Virus record (IMG/VR): IMGVR_UViG_3300008116_000018
Length of the DNA stretch: 64,000 nucleotides
Source of the DNA: a virus
Reading direction: 5' to 3' (one strand)
Shown here one piece after another: positions 54,355 to 64,000 of this stretch. A program made the position numbers and the translations under genes. Positions within the stretch are counted from its first letter, which is position 1. Each line of letters begins with the position of its first letter. The notes beneath the pieces were generated by a model. The model was not told the DNA's origin and did not search any database. It was given only the letters and a program-made list of their open reading frames with translations.

Positions 54355-55581
54355 TTACCTCTGCCAACCTTTAATGATATCAGGCGAGAAGTTTGCGTAA
54401 CTGAATTGCATTCTGTCAACTAACTTGACTGCATTGCCTTTGATCTTGTCGATTGCAACATAACCCTCAACACCAGTCACTTCGTAGCCTTTCTTAGTCA
54501 ACAAGAAAGTGTTCAACGTTTTAACTTCATCCATCTTCTTAATCAAAATCAACTTCGCTTCTGCTAAGAGATTCATCATTGTGAAAATGTCTTCTAGATG
54601 TGATTTGTTTTTTGGCGAGAAGAATTTAAGCACTTTGCTTTTCTTTAGCATCTGAGTAGCACGACCACGTTCACCTTTGCCCTCGGCTTGTTTCTCGTAG
54701 TAATCTTCTATGTAGGTAATCAATTCTTTAACGTGCGCTTTGACGTTTGTGATTTTCAACTGTTGACGTACTTTTGAATTGTTGAATGTCTTAATGCGTT
54801 CAATCAAGTCTTCGTCTGTATTGATGTAGTTTAGTGTTGGTGCATCTAGCTTTTGGAATATCTTTCCAGCTTCAGATAGAATTGCAGTCACTTCATCATT
54901 TTCTGATTGTGTGAGTGTAGCTTTACCTGATACGTCTTGATAGACTGCACTTGTCATCCAAACGTTTGGTGTCTTTGTGAGTGTGCTTAGAATATCTTTA
55001 CCAAAGACTGCGGACATTGTTTCGAATGTATCGCCTTCGTAAATTGTATGCCAGACAATGCCAATCTTTGCTCTTTTGATATCTTTAGCAAGTTCACTTT
55101 CTGACGGTACTGCATACACTAGCGTATTTGGATGAAACGTGACGTATGATTCGCCTTCAATTGTTTCTGTCTTCAAGTCTGACTGTGTGAATAGTAAGTC
55201 GCCTTGAATGACGCCTTTGATGTTGATCTTAGGCAAATACATCAAACATGCTTTGAGTTTGGTTGCTAAGTCGCCAGAAGTGTCTGCATCAATTTCTGCT
55301 GGAGTTTTGTATACTTTGGGATTTTTATTGAAGACGCCCTTCTTCGCAACAAAGAATTTGCCGTCTGTTGGATCTTGTCCTGCAAAGACTGCTGGCGCAC
55401 CATCCCATTTGACTGAAATGTCAACTTTGCTTTTGGAATGTCCAGCAAGCATATCACGCACCGCTCTGAGTGCGTTTATGCTATCTCTAGTTCCTTCAAC
55501 ACCCCCATTAAGAACATCGTCTTCCGCATGTTCCATGTGAGTGTTTTTCTTTTCAATAAGGTATTCTTTAAATTTAAACAT
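54355..55581 (-). CDS. conserved T4-like protein with ligase-type nucleotidyltransferase motifs
   Basis: KWDG (motif I), QGDLLF (III), EGYV (IV), KLVDR (V). Confidence 0.6.
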   Translation of the reverse strand: MFKFKEYLIEKKNTHMEHAEDDVLNGGVEGTRDSINALRAVRDMLAGHSKSKVDISVKWDGAPAVFAGQDPTDGKFFVAKKGVFNKNPKVYKTPAEIDADTSGDLATKLKACLMYLPKINIKGVIQGDLLFTQSDLKTETIEGESYVTFHPNTLVYAVPSESELAKDIKRAKIGIVWHTIYEGDTFETMSAVFGKDILSTLTKTPNVWMTSAVYQDVSGKATLTQSENDEVTAILSEAGKIFQKLDAPTLNYINTDEDLIERIKTFNNSKVRQQLKITNVKAHVKELITYIEDYYEKQAEGKGERGRATQMLKKSKVLKFFSPKNKSHLEDIFTMMNLLAEAKLILIKKMDEVKTLNTFLLTKKGYEVTGVEGYVAIDKIKGNAVKLVDRMQFSYANFSPDIIKGWQR

Positions 55582-55606
55582 GATAGGTCTGTCGTTGCAA
55601 TAGACC

Positions 55607-55614
55607 TATTTATA
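55607..55614 (-). promoter_or_regulatory. T4 late promoter
   Basis: TATAAATA. Confidence 0.75.
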
Positions 55615-55615
55615 A

Positions 55616-55954
55616 TTACCTTCGCATTGATGCTTGATCCTTTGCATCATCACTAGAGAAAATAGGTACTGCATTGCTTTTGTGTAATGTGCCAATGCCA
55701 ATCATCTTGTCGCCAGTGTAAACTTTGCCGTGAATTGGCTTAGTGCAACTGTCGCCAACTGTCGCTAAACTGGGATGACGTACAGTTTCACGAATATATG
55801 CTTTTGGAGGTTTGTATGCTTCGATTTCTTTAGACTTCTTGAAACCTTTAGAGAATGAAGTAGTTGGCAGATTGTCTAGCCATTGTTGATACTCTGCAAC
55901 TTTCTTTGCAGGAGTTTTTTTCTTCTTCGATTTTTGATTTGTGTAAATTAACAT
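55616..55954 (-). CDS. conserved T4-like small basic protein
   Basis: YTGDKMIGIGTLHKSNAVPIF. Confidence 0.8.
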   Translation of the reverse strand: MLIYTNQKSKKKKTPAKKVAEYQQWLDNLPTTSFSKGFKKSKEIEAYKPPKAYIRETVRHPSLATVGDSCTKPIHGKVYTGDKMIGIGTLHKSNAVPIFSSDDAKDQASMRR

Positions 55955-56586
55955 AATGTAAGTTCGTCAACAAAGTTTAACAACAATTTATGGTTTTGTT
56001 CTTCGTGCCAATGTTCTGATATATAATTTTTATACCAATACTTTTGACTCTCAGGATGACAACCAATCACACCTACACGATTTTGAATGATTGCCATGGC
56101 GTCACCATTCGCATAAGTAGAGACTATTTTAGCACGTTCTAGATTGCCTGTCAATGCACACCCATCATAGAAGAACATTGTCTCAGGTTTGCCGTTCCAA
56201 GTAACGTTTGCAATGGTAGAATAAGACCTACGAATGTCTGCGGTATTTTGTTTAATATACTGAACAGGTTCAATGTCATCTAGTATATCGAAATAGTGAC
56301 TGCCAGCCCAATATGCACCCATACATATTCCAAGATAATATCCTTTAGACTCAACAAAGTCTGCTATCATATTAGCACGTTTGCGTCTAAAGAATTTATC
56401 ATAAGAATCTGCATCTCCGATACCTCCAGGAAATGCAACAATATCTGCATTGTTTAATACTGTCACTAAATCACTATCAACATTGAATAAATTAATTTCA
56501 TAGTTTGGCGATAGTGCTTTAATCATCCCATCACAACAATCTGTTGAACATTCGGGATGATTAACAAACAATGCTATCGATTTCAC
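55948..56586 (-). CDS. BPL-N (class I glutamine amidotransferase-like) protein
   Basis: FPGG, YLGICMGAY, GCHPE. Confidence 0.85.
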   Translation of the reverse strand: MKSIALFVNHPECSTDCCDGMIKALSPNYEINLFNVDSDLVTVLNNADIVAFPGGIGDADSYDKFFRRKRANMIADFVESKGYYLGICMGAYWAGSHYFDILDDIEPVQYIKQNTADIRRSYSTIANVTWNGKPETMFFYDGCALTGNLERAKIVSTYANGDAMAIIQNRVGVIGCHPESQKYWYKNYISEHWHEEQNHKLLLNFVDELTLC

Positions 56587-56587
56587 T

Positions 56588-56785
56588 CTATGCCATTCTA
56601 TCTACATTCTGTCCAGGACGATTCATTCTACGATTCATTTCGATACGTGCTTCTTCACTAACTTCACGCAGATGTTTAATTCTACGTTCTTCTAAACGCA
56701 ATTCATCAATTCTTCTCTCCGTTTTGTTGAGAATAAGTTGTTCATACATCTTATTGTTGTATGCTCTAATACTATCTACACTCAT
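56588..56785 (-). CDS. small hypothetical protein
   Basis: GQNVDRMA C-terminus; coupled start. Confidence 0.6.
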   Translation of the reverse strand: MSVDSIRAYNNKMYEQLILNKTERRIDELRLEERRIKHLREVSEEARIEMNRRMNRPGQNVDRMA

Positions 56786-57069
56786 TTTAACACCAAGAAT
56801 GCCAACATGATACTTTGCATGAAGAATCCAATGCCGTTTGAGATCATGTAAAGTTTATCTTTTACAATTGCAGAACGAATAAAGAATAATAGCAAACCAG
56901 TCCAAATTAGTAACACCATGCTTAATGGGGGCAATACTGTAGGCTCACCTTGAATTGCTAAGTACGTTACTGGTACTGTAGACCCATGAATTAGAACTAA
57001 TCCAATCCAACCACAAATCTCACCAAACTGACGTACAATCCAGTTATACCATTCTGTAACTTTAATCAT
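56782..57069 (-). CDS. SemiSWEET/PQ-loop-like three-TM protein
   Basis: GWIG...P...G..L....I..D......N.I pattern. Confidence 0.55.
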   Translation of the reverse strand: MIKVTEWYNWIVRQFGEICGWIGLVLIHGSTVPVTYLAIQGEPTVLPPLSMVLLIWTGLLLFFIRSAIVKDKLYMISNGIGFFMQSIMLAFLVLK

Positions 57070-57070
57070 T

Positions 57071-57553
57071 TCAAATTTCTTTCCTAAGAAGTTTAAGAGT
57101 TGGTCTAAATTTTTGATAGAGTCCGACTTCACGTCCATATGCTTCAATCTCCCATAATGATTCCCAATATTCATCACCTTGGTATTGTTCTCGTTGAAAC
57201 GTTACCAAGTTCCCTCTTTCATGGAATTTTAATTCACCTTTAGCATACTGCTTAACGTGAACCATTTCATGTGCAAGACATTGTAAAACACGCTTGCCAA
57301 GTTTATTATTCCATTCCAAATTTATTACAAACTGTTTATTGCTTGGTATTCCTAGAACATCATCTTTAGGAAACGCTTCACCAAGTATTTTGTTTTTCAC
57401 ATAAAAATCTTTTATGACGTTTATGCTAATTTCTAATGTATTCGACAACCTGTCACTCATCAAACGACTAGCATAAAAATGCGTAGCCATCTTTAAAATC
57501 TTTCTCTCCTTTGGTGTCAAGGTTGCCCCTTTTGCCCTGAGAATGAGTTTCAT
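57071..57553 (-). CDS. HExxH metallopeptidase-like protein
   Basis: LAHEMVHVKQY...WEIEAY. Confidence 0.85.
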   Translation of the reverse strand: MKLILRAKGATLTPKERKILKMATHFYASRLMSDRLSNTLEISINVIKDFYVKNKILGEAFPKDDVLGIPSNKQFVINLEWNNKLGKRVLQCLAHEMVHVKQYAKGELKFHERGNLVTFQREQYQGDEYWESLWEIEAYGREVGLYQKFRPTLKLLRKEI

Positions 57554-57579
57554 GTCGTATCCCTTTCTTAACAATATCT

Positions 57580-57608
57580 ATTATAGTACAGTTATGGTAT
57601 CTTGTCAA
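57580..57608 (-). promoter_or_regulatory. sigma70 promoter
   Basis: TTGACA-17-TATAAT. Confidence 0.8.
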
Positions 57609-57647
57609 GGGATATTTAGGGAAAGGGATACATTTCACATTATGAAA

Positions 57648-59063
57648 TTAAACCTTTAGATTGCCGAAATCTCGGTTTTTCTGCATTCGTTTGCCGAAAC
57701 CAGACTTATCAAATACGGGTTTATCGTCTTCAATCTGCCCACTATCGGAAATGTTAGTCTGCGCTGACTCTTCTGCATCATACAGTTTCATTTTCGCTCT
57801 ATCAACACCAATCACAAAACGTTTGTTTGTTGTTGGGTCGCTGTAACGATTCTTCAACTGCTTAACCATAATCTGATTCAACTCTGCAAGTTCTTCGGTT
57901 GAAATCAAAGCAAACATCAAGTCTGCTGTTGCAGGCAGACCAAACGATTCTGAAGTATCTTCAAGTCCAACGTCTGAGTTTGTATAACCACTTCTCGTTG
58001 TTTGTGTAGCTGATACAATTGGTAATTTATGTTCAACTGCAAGCCCACGCAACTCTTCTGCAATTGCTTTGATGTATGTGTATGAGTTAATAGAAGAACC
58101 CATCTTCATACGTGCAGAGGAACAAATGTTCAGATAGTCAATGTAAATGATATCAGGAATGAATTGTCGTTTCAATTTCAACTCATTCAACAAATGATTG
58201 AAGTGATTTACGTTTGCACTAGCGGTTGGATATTCTTTGATGATTAGCTTACCTTTAGTCTTCTCACGTAGAGTTTCGACTTTCTTCAAGTATACATCTT
58301 TAGGCATACCAATCAATCTATCAAGTTCAACGTTCATCAAGTTAGCATCGATACGTTCTGCAATACGTTCTTCAGCCATTTCCATTGTGATGTACAAAAC
58401 GTTTTTACCCATCGTCAGATTGGCTGCGGCACAATGACACATGAACAAAGATTTACCAACACCAGTACCAGCAAGAACAATGTTCAAAGATTTTTCTGCA
58501 AGCCCACCTTTAGTGATTCTGTTTAGATAGTCAAGGTCGAATGGGATTCGTCTTTCAACTTTATGATAGAAGTCATATCGTGTTTCTGCGTCATCAATAA
58601 AATCGTGACCAATGTGATTATCAAAAGAAACTGAAAGCGCATCTGCTAGAATTTTAGGGATCGAACCTTTATCAAGTTTTTCTGTGCTGTTCTTATTCTT
58701 GTCATCAAGAATTTGAATGCTCTGCATGATACCATTGTAGATTGCTTTTTCTTGACAGAAATTTTCTGTTGCATCAATCAACCATTTGGTGTCGGACACT
58801 TCGGGATCGATTGTAATTTCTTTAACAAGCGCAATCGTTTTCTTGTGCTGGTCATCTGTTAGATTAACTCTCTTGTCAATCTCAATAGCCAATGCCTCTT
58901 GCGTTGGCATTGTGTTATACTTATTTACATAACTTTCAATTTCAGAGAACAATAGTTTTTCTGAAGATTCCTGAAAATACTCGCCTTTAATGAATGGTAA
59001 AGTCTTTCGTGTATACTCTTCATCCAATATCAGGTGTTTCAGTATTTTTTGTTCCAAGTTCAT
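57648..59063 (-). CDS. 41: replicative helicase (gp41)
   Basis: AGTGVGKS, YITMEMAEE, IDYLNIC, SESFGLPATAD, KQLKNRY. Confidence 0.95.
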   Translation of the reverse strand: MNLEQKILKHLILDEEYTRKTLPFIKGEYFQESSEKLLFSEIESYVNKYNTMPTQEALAIEIDKRVNLTDDQHKKTIALVKEITIDPEVSDTKWLIDATENFCQEKAIYNGIMQSIQILDDKNKNSTEKLDKGSIPKILADALSVSFDNHIGHDFIDDAETRYDFYHKVERRIPFDLDYLNRITKGGLAEKSLNIVLAGTGVGKSLFMCHCAAANLTMGKNVLYITMEMAEERIAERIDANLMNVELDRLIGMPKDVYLKKVETLREKTKGKLIIKEYPTASANVNHFNHLLNELKLKRQFIPDIIYIDYLNICSSARMKMGSSINSYTYIKAIAEELRGLAVEHKLPIVSATQTTRSGYTNSDVGLEDTSESFGLPATADLMFALISTEELAELNQIMVKQLKNRYSDPTTNKRFVIGVDRAKMKLYDAEESAQTNISDSGQIEDDKPVFDKSGFGKRMQKNRDFGNLKV

Positions 59064-59364
59064 TCTTATACCTTTTCTCTGCTTCGTTCAATGCGTGTTT
59101 CAGCAAGTCATTTAAAACCTCACCAAGATATGCTTCAAAGATATCATTACCTTGAAGTGCTTTGTGTTCTTCACTTATTATATCATAGTTGAAGCCAATT
59201 GAATAGGTTCCGTCAGGATTTTCTTCTTCGGCAAAATTAATTTCACCAAAATGGAATACTGTGTCTTTAAAGTCGCCAGCAGTAATTTTGATTGTTGCGA
59301 CAACATCTTTATCTTTGTATTTGATATCGCTTTCGGCAATCTCATAAGTTTCTTCAATCTTCAT
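59020..59364 (-). CDS. gp40-like protein
   Basis: position between uvsX and gp41 as in T4; acidic. Confidence 0.5.
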   Translation of the reverse strand: MKIEETYEIAESDIKYKDKDVVATIKITAGDFKDTVFHFGEINFAEEENPDGTYSIGFNYDIISEEHKALQGNDIFEAYLGEVLNDLLKHALNEAEKRYKNELGTKNTETPDIG

Positions 59365-60424
59365 TGACTAACTCCAACTCTTCTTCATCAGTAACACCCT
59401 CAACACCATCTTGCCCATACAAGAATTCTTTCTTACATGCTTCGTCAATCAATGCTAAGATATCAGGTGTGAAATACTTCTCTGGCTCTTCGTTGATGTT
59501 CTTGCCGAATACTTTAGTACCATTAGCAAGTTCATATCGTGTAGATACTTTTTTGATGATACCATACTTCTCTGCAATTTCAAGCAAGCCAAAGTATCTG
59601 TCAAGCCCTGTGCTGTATGTAATCTTCACTTCGACTTGAGAGTTTTCTTTTGTCAAACGTGACTTCTGCAACTTGCAACGAACGATGTTACCAACAACAG
59701 CAGTACCATCTTTATCTTTACGCTTAGACAAGTAAATGATTGTAGATGCGGTGTACTTTAAGCCAGAGCCACCAGACATTTCTTTAGTTGGGATGTATGC
59801 ACCAACAACATCATAAACGTGATTCGTTACAAGCAAAGGCACACCAATCTTAGCAAGTTTCAAATTCAATACACGGAATGTTGCTTTGAGAATAGCAGAC
59901 TTGGTCATGTCTTTAGTCTCTTTGCCTTCAGCAGTATCTTCCATTTCTTTAGTAGATGATAACTGACCAAGAGAATCAAGAACCATAATCATTGGCTTGC
60001 GTTTCGCTTCTGGTTGTGCTTGATACTTCTCAATGATTTGCAATGCGGTGTGACGAAACTTTTGAATTGTATCTGGCTCAGAGATAACAACCCGTTTAGT
60101 ATCAACGCCACGAGATTCCATCATTTGTTTTGTAACTGCGGCTTCTGTATCAAAGTAGATAACACCGCCTTCGGGATTTGCATCGAGAAATTGTTTAACA
60201 ATCCCAAGCACAAAGAATGTTTTACCAGTTGACGATTCACCAGCGAATGCAGTCACTTTGTTGTTAGGCACACCGCCATAGATGCTACCTGATAGAACAG
60301 CATTCAATGCATATGAACCCGTATCAATACATCCACTATACTCAGCAGATGCACCACCTTCAGATAAAATCTTTGTGTCTTCATCTTTCAATTGGTCAAC
60401 TAAATCTGTAAAAAAATTGCTCAT
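59354..60424 (-). CDS. uvsX: UvsX/RecA-like recombinase
   Basis: [29 protein letters not shown]. Confidence 0.95.
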   Translation of the reverse strand: MSNFFTDLVDQLKDEDTKILSEGGASAEYSGCIDTGSYALNAVLSGSIYGGVPNNKVTAFAGESSTGKTFFVLGIVKQFLDANPEGGVIYFDTEAAVTKQMMESRGVDTKRVVISEPDTIQKFRHTALQIIEKYQAQPEAKRKPMIMVLDSLGQLSSTKEMEDTAEGKETKDMTKSAILKATFRVLNLKLAKIGVPLLVTNHVYDVVGAYIPTKEMSGGSGLKYTASTIIYLSKRKDKDGTAVVGNIVRCKLQKSRLTKENSQVEVKITYSTGLDRYFGLLEIAEKYGIIKKVSTRYELANGTKVFGKNINEEPEKYFTPDILALIDEACKKEFLYGQDGVEGVTDEEELELVNED

Positions 60425-60921
60425 TGTGTTTTTCCTTCATAATATTTGTTTAATAACTTTGGCGAATGCTGTTCATATTCACTAACATCAGGTTCGCTTT
60501 TCTTTTGCACTTCTAAATCATGGGTACGCTGACGGAGTTCTGATGTACTGTAACTATGATTTCTCACATGATAGTATAACTCAATTCCGTTCTCAATGCA
60601 ATACTGTTTACCGGTAAAGTCTTTATTTTTGTATTCTTCGCCAAGAAATCTTATGTGCATTGTTTGCGTCATAATCAGATTAGCTAAGTCTTCTTCGGTA
60701 TGGTAGACAAGAATTTCATCCACATACTTACACGCTTGCAATTGAACATATCTTTCATATACCGATTGTACAGGTTTATTTTTTGTACTAGGTCTATCTA
60801 CAGTAGGATCAACTTGTAACGCAACAATCAAATAGTCACACAACTTTTTTTCCATCTTCAACATCGTCACATGACCAGCATGAAATAAATCAAATGACGA
60901 ACAATTAAAACCAATTTTCAT
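60421..60921 (-). CDS. TagD-like cytidylyltransferase
   Basis: [24 protein letters not shown]. Confidence 0.88.
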   Translation of the reverse strand: MKIGFNCSSFDLFHAGHVTMLKMEKKLCDYLIVALQVDPTVDRPSTKNKPVQSVYERYVQLQACKYVDEILVYHTEEDLANLIMTQTMHIRFLGEEYKNKDFTGKQYCIENGIELYYHVRNHSYSTSELRQRTHDLEVQKKSEPDVSEYEQHSPKLLNKYYEGKTQ

Positions 60922-60924
60922 AAA

Positions 60925-61911
60925 TTATCTTTCTGCAAACTCTGCAAATTTTGATCTGCCATCCCTAGTGTATTTACGTTTAAAATCTTCCAGTTCTTCT
61001 TTCGTCATTGGTATAGGTTCAATGAGTGTCGCATTCAAATTTTCATCGCCAATAGATTGATCTGGCGTTCGTTTTCTTTGTCTTCTTTTTTGTTTTGGTT
61101 CAACTTCATTGGTTGGAATATCAACTTGATATCCACCAGACTTCTCTTCTTTCTCTTTTGCTATTTGTCTCAAAGAAAAGTTTCCTGCAATAACAAGCAA
61201 GACTGCCATTGGGTCAAACACAAGAACTAAAAGAATAATAACGAATCGTACAGACTTATCTAGTAAACTAGAATCGATGCTATCTCCGTAGATTAACGCC
61301 GCAATATATTTGATCGGACCAACCTCTGCTTCCACTTTACGAATTTCGGCGGCGATAGGAGCCCGTTCTTCATTAAGAGTCGCCACCCGCTTGTTATATG
61401 TTTCGATTTCTTTAAGTAAGCGACCACGTTCAACCTGTTGGGCTTTGCGTAGACTTGCCGCTTTTTCTGCACCCTTTTCGTTTGTTGAACGAACCATAAC
61501 TTGGTCCACAGCTTCATCCATCTGTTTGAGCGTTTTGCGATTAACATCAATATTATCCTTCTCAACTTTAATCTTCTCATCGATCATTTCAATTTTTGCA
61601 GATACATCACCACTCACTAAACTTTGATCGTTATGTGCTTTAGAAAGATATCCAAAAATTCCCAATGATGTAATGAACATCAGAATCATAACTGCTACTG
61701 TGAAATAGTATTTCAAAAATTTCGGAGCAACTTTCCAATTCTTATATGCCCATGATGCGGCAATGAGTTTAGAAAACTCTAGCGCACCACCCATGATTGC
61801 AATTGGTATTGGGCTAGCCGCAAAGATAGCCATCAAGCCAATGACTGAATAGTATGCGGCAATAGCAGAAAGAGATATCGCACTCAATAATGTAATCAAA
61901 GCGAATAGCAT
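60925..61911 (-). CDS. multi-TM coiled-coil protein
   Basis: AAYYSVIGL, ITSLGIFGYLSKAH, EVGPIKYIA, VFDPMAV. Confidence 0.8.
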   Translation of the reverse strand: MLFALITLLSAISLSAIAAYYSVIGLMAIFAASPIPIAIMGGALEFSKLIAASWAYKNWKVAPKFLKYYFTVAVMILMFITSLGIFGYLSKAHNDQSLVSGDVSAKIEMIDEKIKVEKDNIDVNRKTLKQMDEAVDQVMVRSTNEKGAEKAASLRKAQQVERGRLLKEIETYNKRVATLNEERAPIAAEIRKVEAEVGPIKYIAALIYGDSIDSSLLDKSVRFVIILLVLVFDPMAVLLVIAGNFSLRQIAKEKEEKSGGYQVDIPTNEVEPKQKRRQRKRTPDQSIGDENLNATLIEPIPMTKEELEDFKRKYTRDGRSKFAEFAER

Positions 61912-61913
61912 AA

Positions 61914-62324
61914 TTATCCTCTAGTCAACGCCAACACCCTATCAATTTGATCTTGGATCTTTGAAGTTCGATTAGGCCAATAGATATATTCTTTTTCTGG
62001 ATTCTTCATCAAGTTAACTAGCAAAGGCATGATGAGTTGTTCTAACTCTTTTAGATTTGCTTGCACTTCTGATTTCATGTTTTGGCGTTCTGCATCAAGT
62101 CCTAGTTTACCTTGATTGTATAGTGCCAACATTGCGTCTAACTTCTCTTCTACTCGGTGTAGTGATTCTGAAGATTGTTCAACAGTTTCTCTAACGAGAA
62201 TAGTATCTTCTAATGTATTTGGATCAGTGAGTCTAGTTAACGTTGATTCGTCAACTGCACTAAATCCAAAATCATCTTCTTTTCTAAACGCTAGGTATTC
62301 TGCGGGTATTGTTCTTGTTGTCAT
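61914..62324 (-). CDS. conserved T4-like protein
   Basis: DFGFSAV...PLL.NL.KNPEKEYIYWPNR. Confidence 0.8.
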   Translation of the reverse strand: MTTRTIPAEYLAFRKEDDFGFSAVDESTLTRLTDPNTLEDTILVRETVEQSSESLHRVEEKLDAMLALYNQGKLGLDAERQNMKSEVQANLKELEQLIMPLLVNLMKNPEKEYIYWPNRTSKIQDQIDRVLALTRG

Positions 62325-64000
62325 GCGAAAAAACTCTCCAATGAAGAAACACGTTCAGTCTTCCAACCAATTGTGTTTACGATTGTTTTTAATGGTTCAA
62401 GATATGCTTTATCAAACTGCGTATCGTAGTCGATATATTTTTCTACGCCAAACTCTTTTGGTAAGACTGTGAGAATAGAAAATACATTTTCTTGAACGGG
62501 ATTTGGAACTTTCATGTAACAGAATTTAGTCTTGTCACCATCCTGAATAAGTTGATACTTCTTAGTCAGTTTATACTTTTTCAGAAACGCATTAAACATT
62601 ATCGCACCACGCACATGCATAGGTGTGCCTTTTGAATATAGTTCCGAACTGCTCACATATTTAGACAGGTCACTAACACCACGTGGAAATGCAATGTCTT
62701 CGAATGGAAGAGTTTTGAATTCTTGTTTGAATAATTCAACGAAAGATTGAAACTCTTGTTCATTGCCATTCATCACAATCTTCAAAGACTCTTTAATCTT
62801 CTCACGGCATGACATTGGTGTGGAAGACTTAACGGCTTCAATGCCCATCATCTTCAACTTTGGTTCTGCGAATCGAACACCTTCAGAATCGTACACGTTT
62901 AGAATGTAACGTTTTTTTGCAGTCCAGATGCCTTTGTTTGCGATAACTTCACGCTTCATCTGCATCTTCTGGTCGAATGCATTCATGTAGTCTGCTAGTT
63001 CTTGGTATGACTTGTCGATGAATGGTTCGAATTTTTCGATACACGCTTTGTTGACGAAATCAACAATCGTTTCAACTTTCGTTTCACTCTTCGATCCGTA
63101 GACCATATGTACCAGCGGACCAAGATTGACGTATACAGAGTCCGTGTCCGATGCGATAACATAATCAATATCCTTAGTCTTCAATAGTTTGTTTAGATAA
63201 CTATTCAACTTCATTTCAATCCATCGAATAGCTAGTTGACCAGACAGAGTAATTGCCTCTGCTTGGCGAATGTCAAAGAACCTAAAGTATTGATTACCAA
63301 GTGCGCCATAAGCGGAGTTCAATTGTACTTTCTTTGCGAGTTGCAAGTTCTTGTACTTTGAAATCTGATTTGTTATTTCACGTTTACGTTCTTTATCAGT
63401 TTCTTTTTCGTAAGCCTTTTGTGCCTCGATCATTTTCTTTTTGTACAATGAACGATCATCATACATGCGTTGCATCATAGCAGGCAAGAAGCCTTGCTTG
63501 TCACGCTTGAAGTAATGGCCATTGGCTGCCATGCAATATTCACCTTGTGCTTGATACTCACCATCTAGCAAATTATCAATAGAGATACTTGTGTGGCGAC
63601 CTTCAATAATTGTTTCAGGTGAAACATTGTACTGCATAATCAAGTGTGGATACAATGAGTTCAAGTCAAACGATACAACCCATTCGTGCATACCAACGAT
63701 TGGGTCTTTCACATAAGCGCCAGCATACTGTTCATCTTTTGCGGTATGAACATTCTGTGGCACAACAATATTTTGTTCAATCAATTCGTTATGAATCAAA
63801 GTATCCCACATGCGTACTTGTGTGAACACATCGGTGTAATTAACTTTAGCATCGTATGCGAGGGCAAGCGCCATGTCAATCAATTGCATCTTAGCATCAA
63901 TACGATCCACAAGTTCAACGTCATGGATGTTGTACTCAATAAACTTTTGAAAGTTTGTTCGATATAACTGATGTAGACTTTCAACTTCAGAGTAGTCAAG
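62321..64000 (-). CDS. 43: family B DNA polymerase (gp43), C-terminal part; 5' end outside window
   Basis: SFDLNSLYP, KVQLNSAYG, SDTDS, KKRY; SLESFF clamp-binding tail. Confidence 0.97.
   Translation of the reverse strand, partial: LDYSEVESLHQLYRTNFQKFIEYNIHDVELVDRIDAKMQLIDMALALAYDAKVNYTDVFTQVRMWDTLIHNELIEQNIVVPQNVHTAKDEQYAGAYVKDPIVGMHEWVVSFDLNSLYPHLIMQYNVSPETIIEGRHTSISIDNLLDGEYQAQGEYCMAANGHYFKRDKQGFLPAMMQRMYDDRSLYKKKMIEAQKAYEKETDKERKREITNQISKYKNLQLAKKVQLNSAYGALGNQYFRFFDIRQAEAITLSGQLAIRWIEMKLNSYLNKLLKTKDIDYVIASDTDSVYVNLGPLVHMVYGSKSETKVETIVDFVNKACIEKFEPFIDKSYQELADYMNAFDQKMQMKREVIANKGIWTAKKRYILNVYDSEGVRFAEPKLKMMGIEAVKSSTPMSCREKIKESLKIVMNGNEQEFQSFVELFKQEFKTLPFEDIAFPRGVSDLSKYVSSSELYSKGTPMHVRGAIMFNAFLKKYKLTKKYQLIQDGDKTKFCYMKVPNPVQENVFSILTVLPKEFGVEKYIDYDTQFDKAYLEPLKTIVNTIGWKTERVSSLESFFA

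Noticed and set aside
30750-63967. Short plus-strand ORFs antisense to core genes
   Set aside because: They lack SD sequences and motifs, and are explained as reverse-frame shadows of minus-strand genes.

Overview
This is a 64 kb, AT-rich segment of a large T4-like myovirus genome. The host is probably a freshwater proteobacterium, most likely a Betaproteobacterium, judged from the IscU/ErpA/PlcP-type genes. Almost everything is on the minus strand. It contains T4 core replication and nucleotide genes (gp43 partial, uvsX, gp41, gp61, rnh, nrdA/B, thyX), lysis genes (GH19 endolysin, spanins), head-associated proteins and many small early ORFs behind repeated sigma70 promoters. Auxiliary genes include phoH, ADP-heptose enzymes, iscU/erpA, clpP, a PBP7-like peptidase and plcP plus a GT2. 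There are 24 tRNA or tRNA-like genes covering 19 amino acids, with no Phe. The main candidate novel system lies directly upstream of the tRNA array. An unannotated 38-codon ORF (17852-17968) samples every codon box served by the phage tRNAs and lacks only Phe. It overlaps a perfect 10-bp antiterminator arm that competes with a strong intrinsic terminator. This looks like a ribosome-dependent attenuator that senses failure of any tRNA and opens read-through into the phage tRNA array. A MazG-like gene and a ~205-nt structured ncRNA sit on the same putative transcript. All product calls come from motif recognition by eye; no database searches or folding programs were run.
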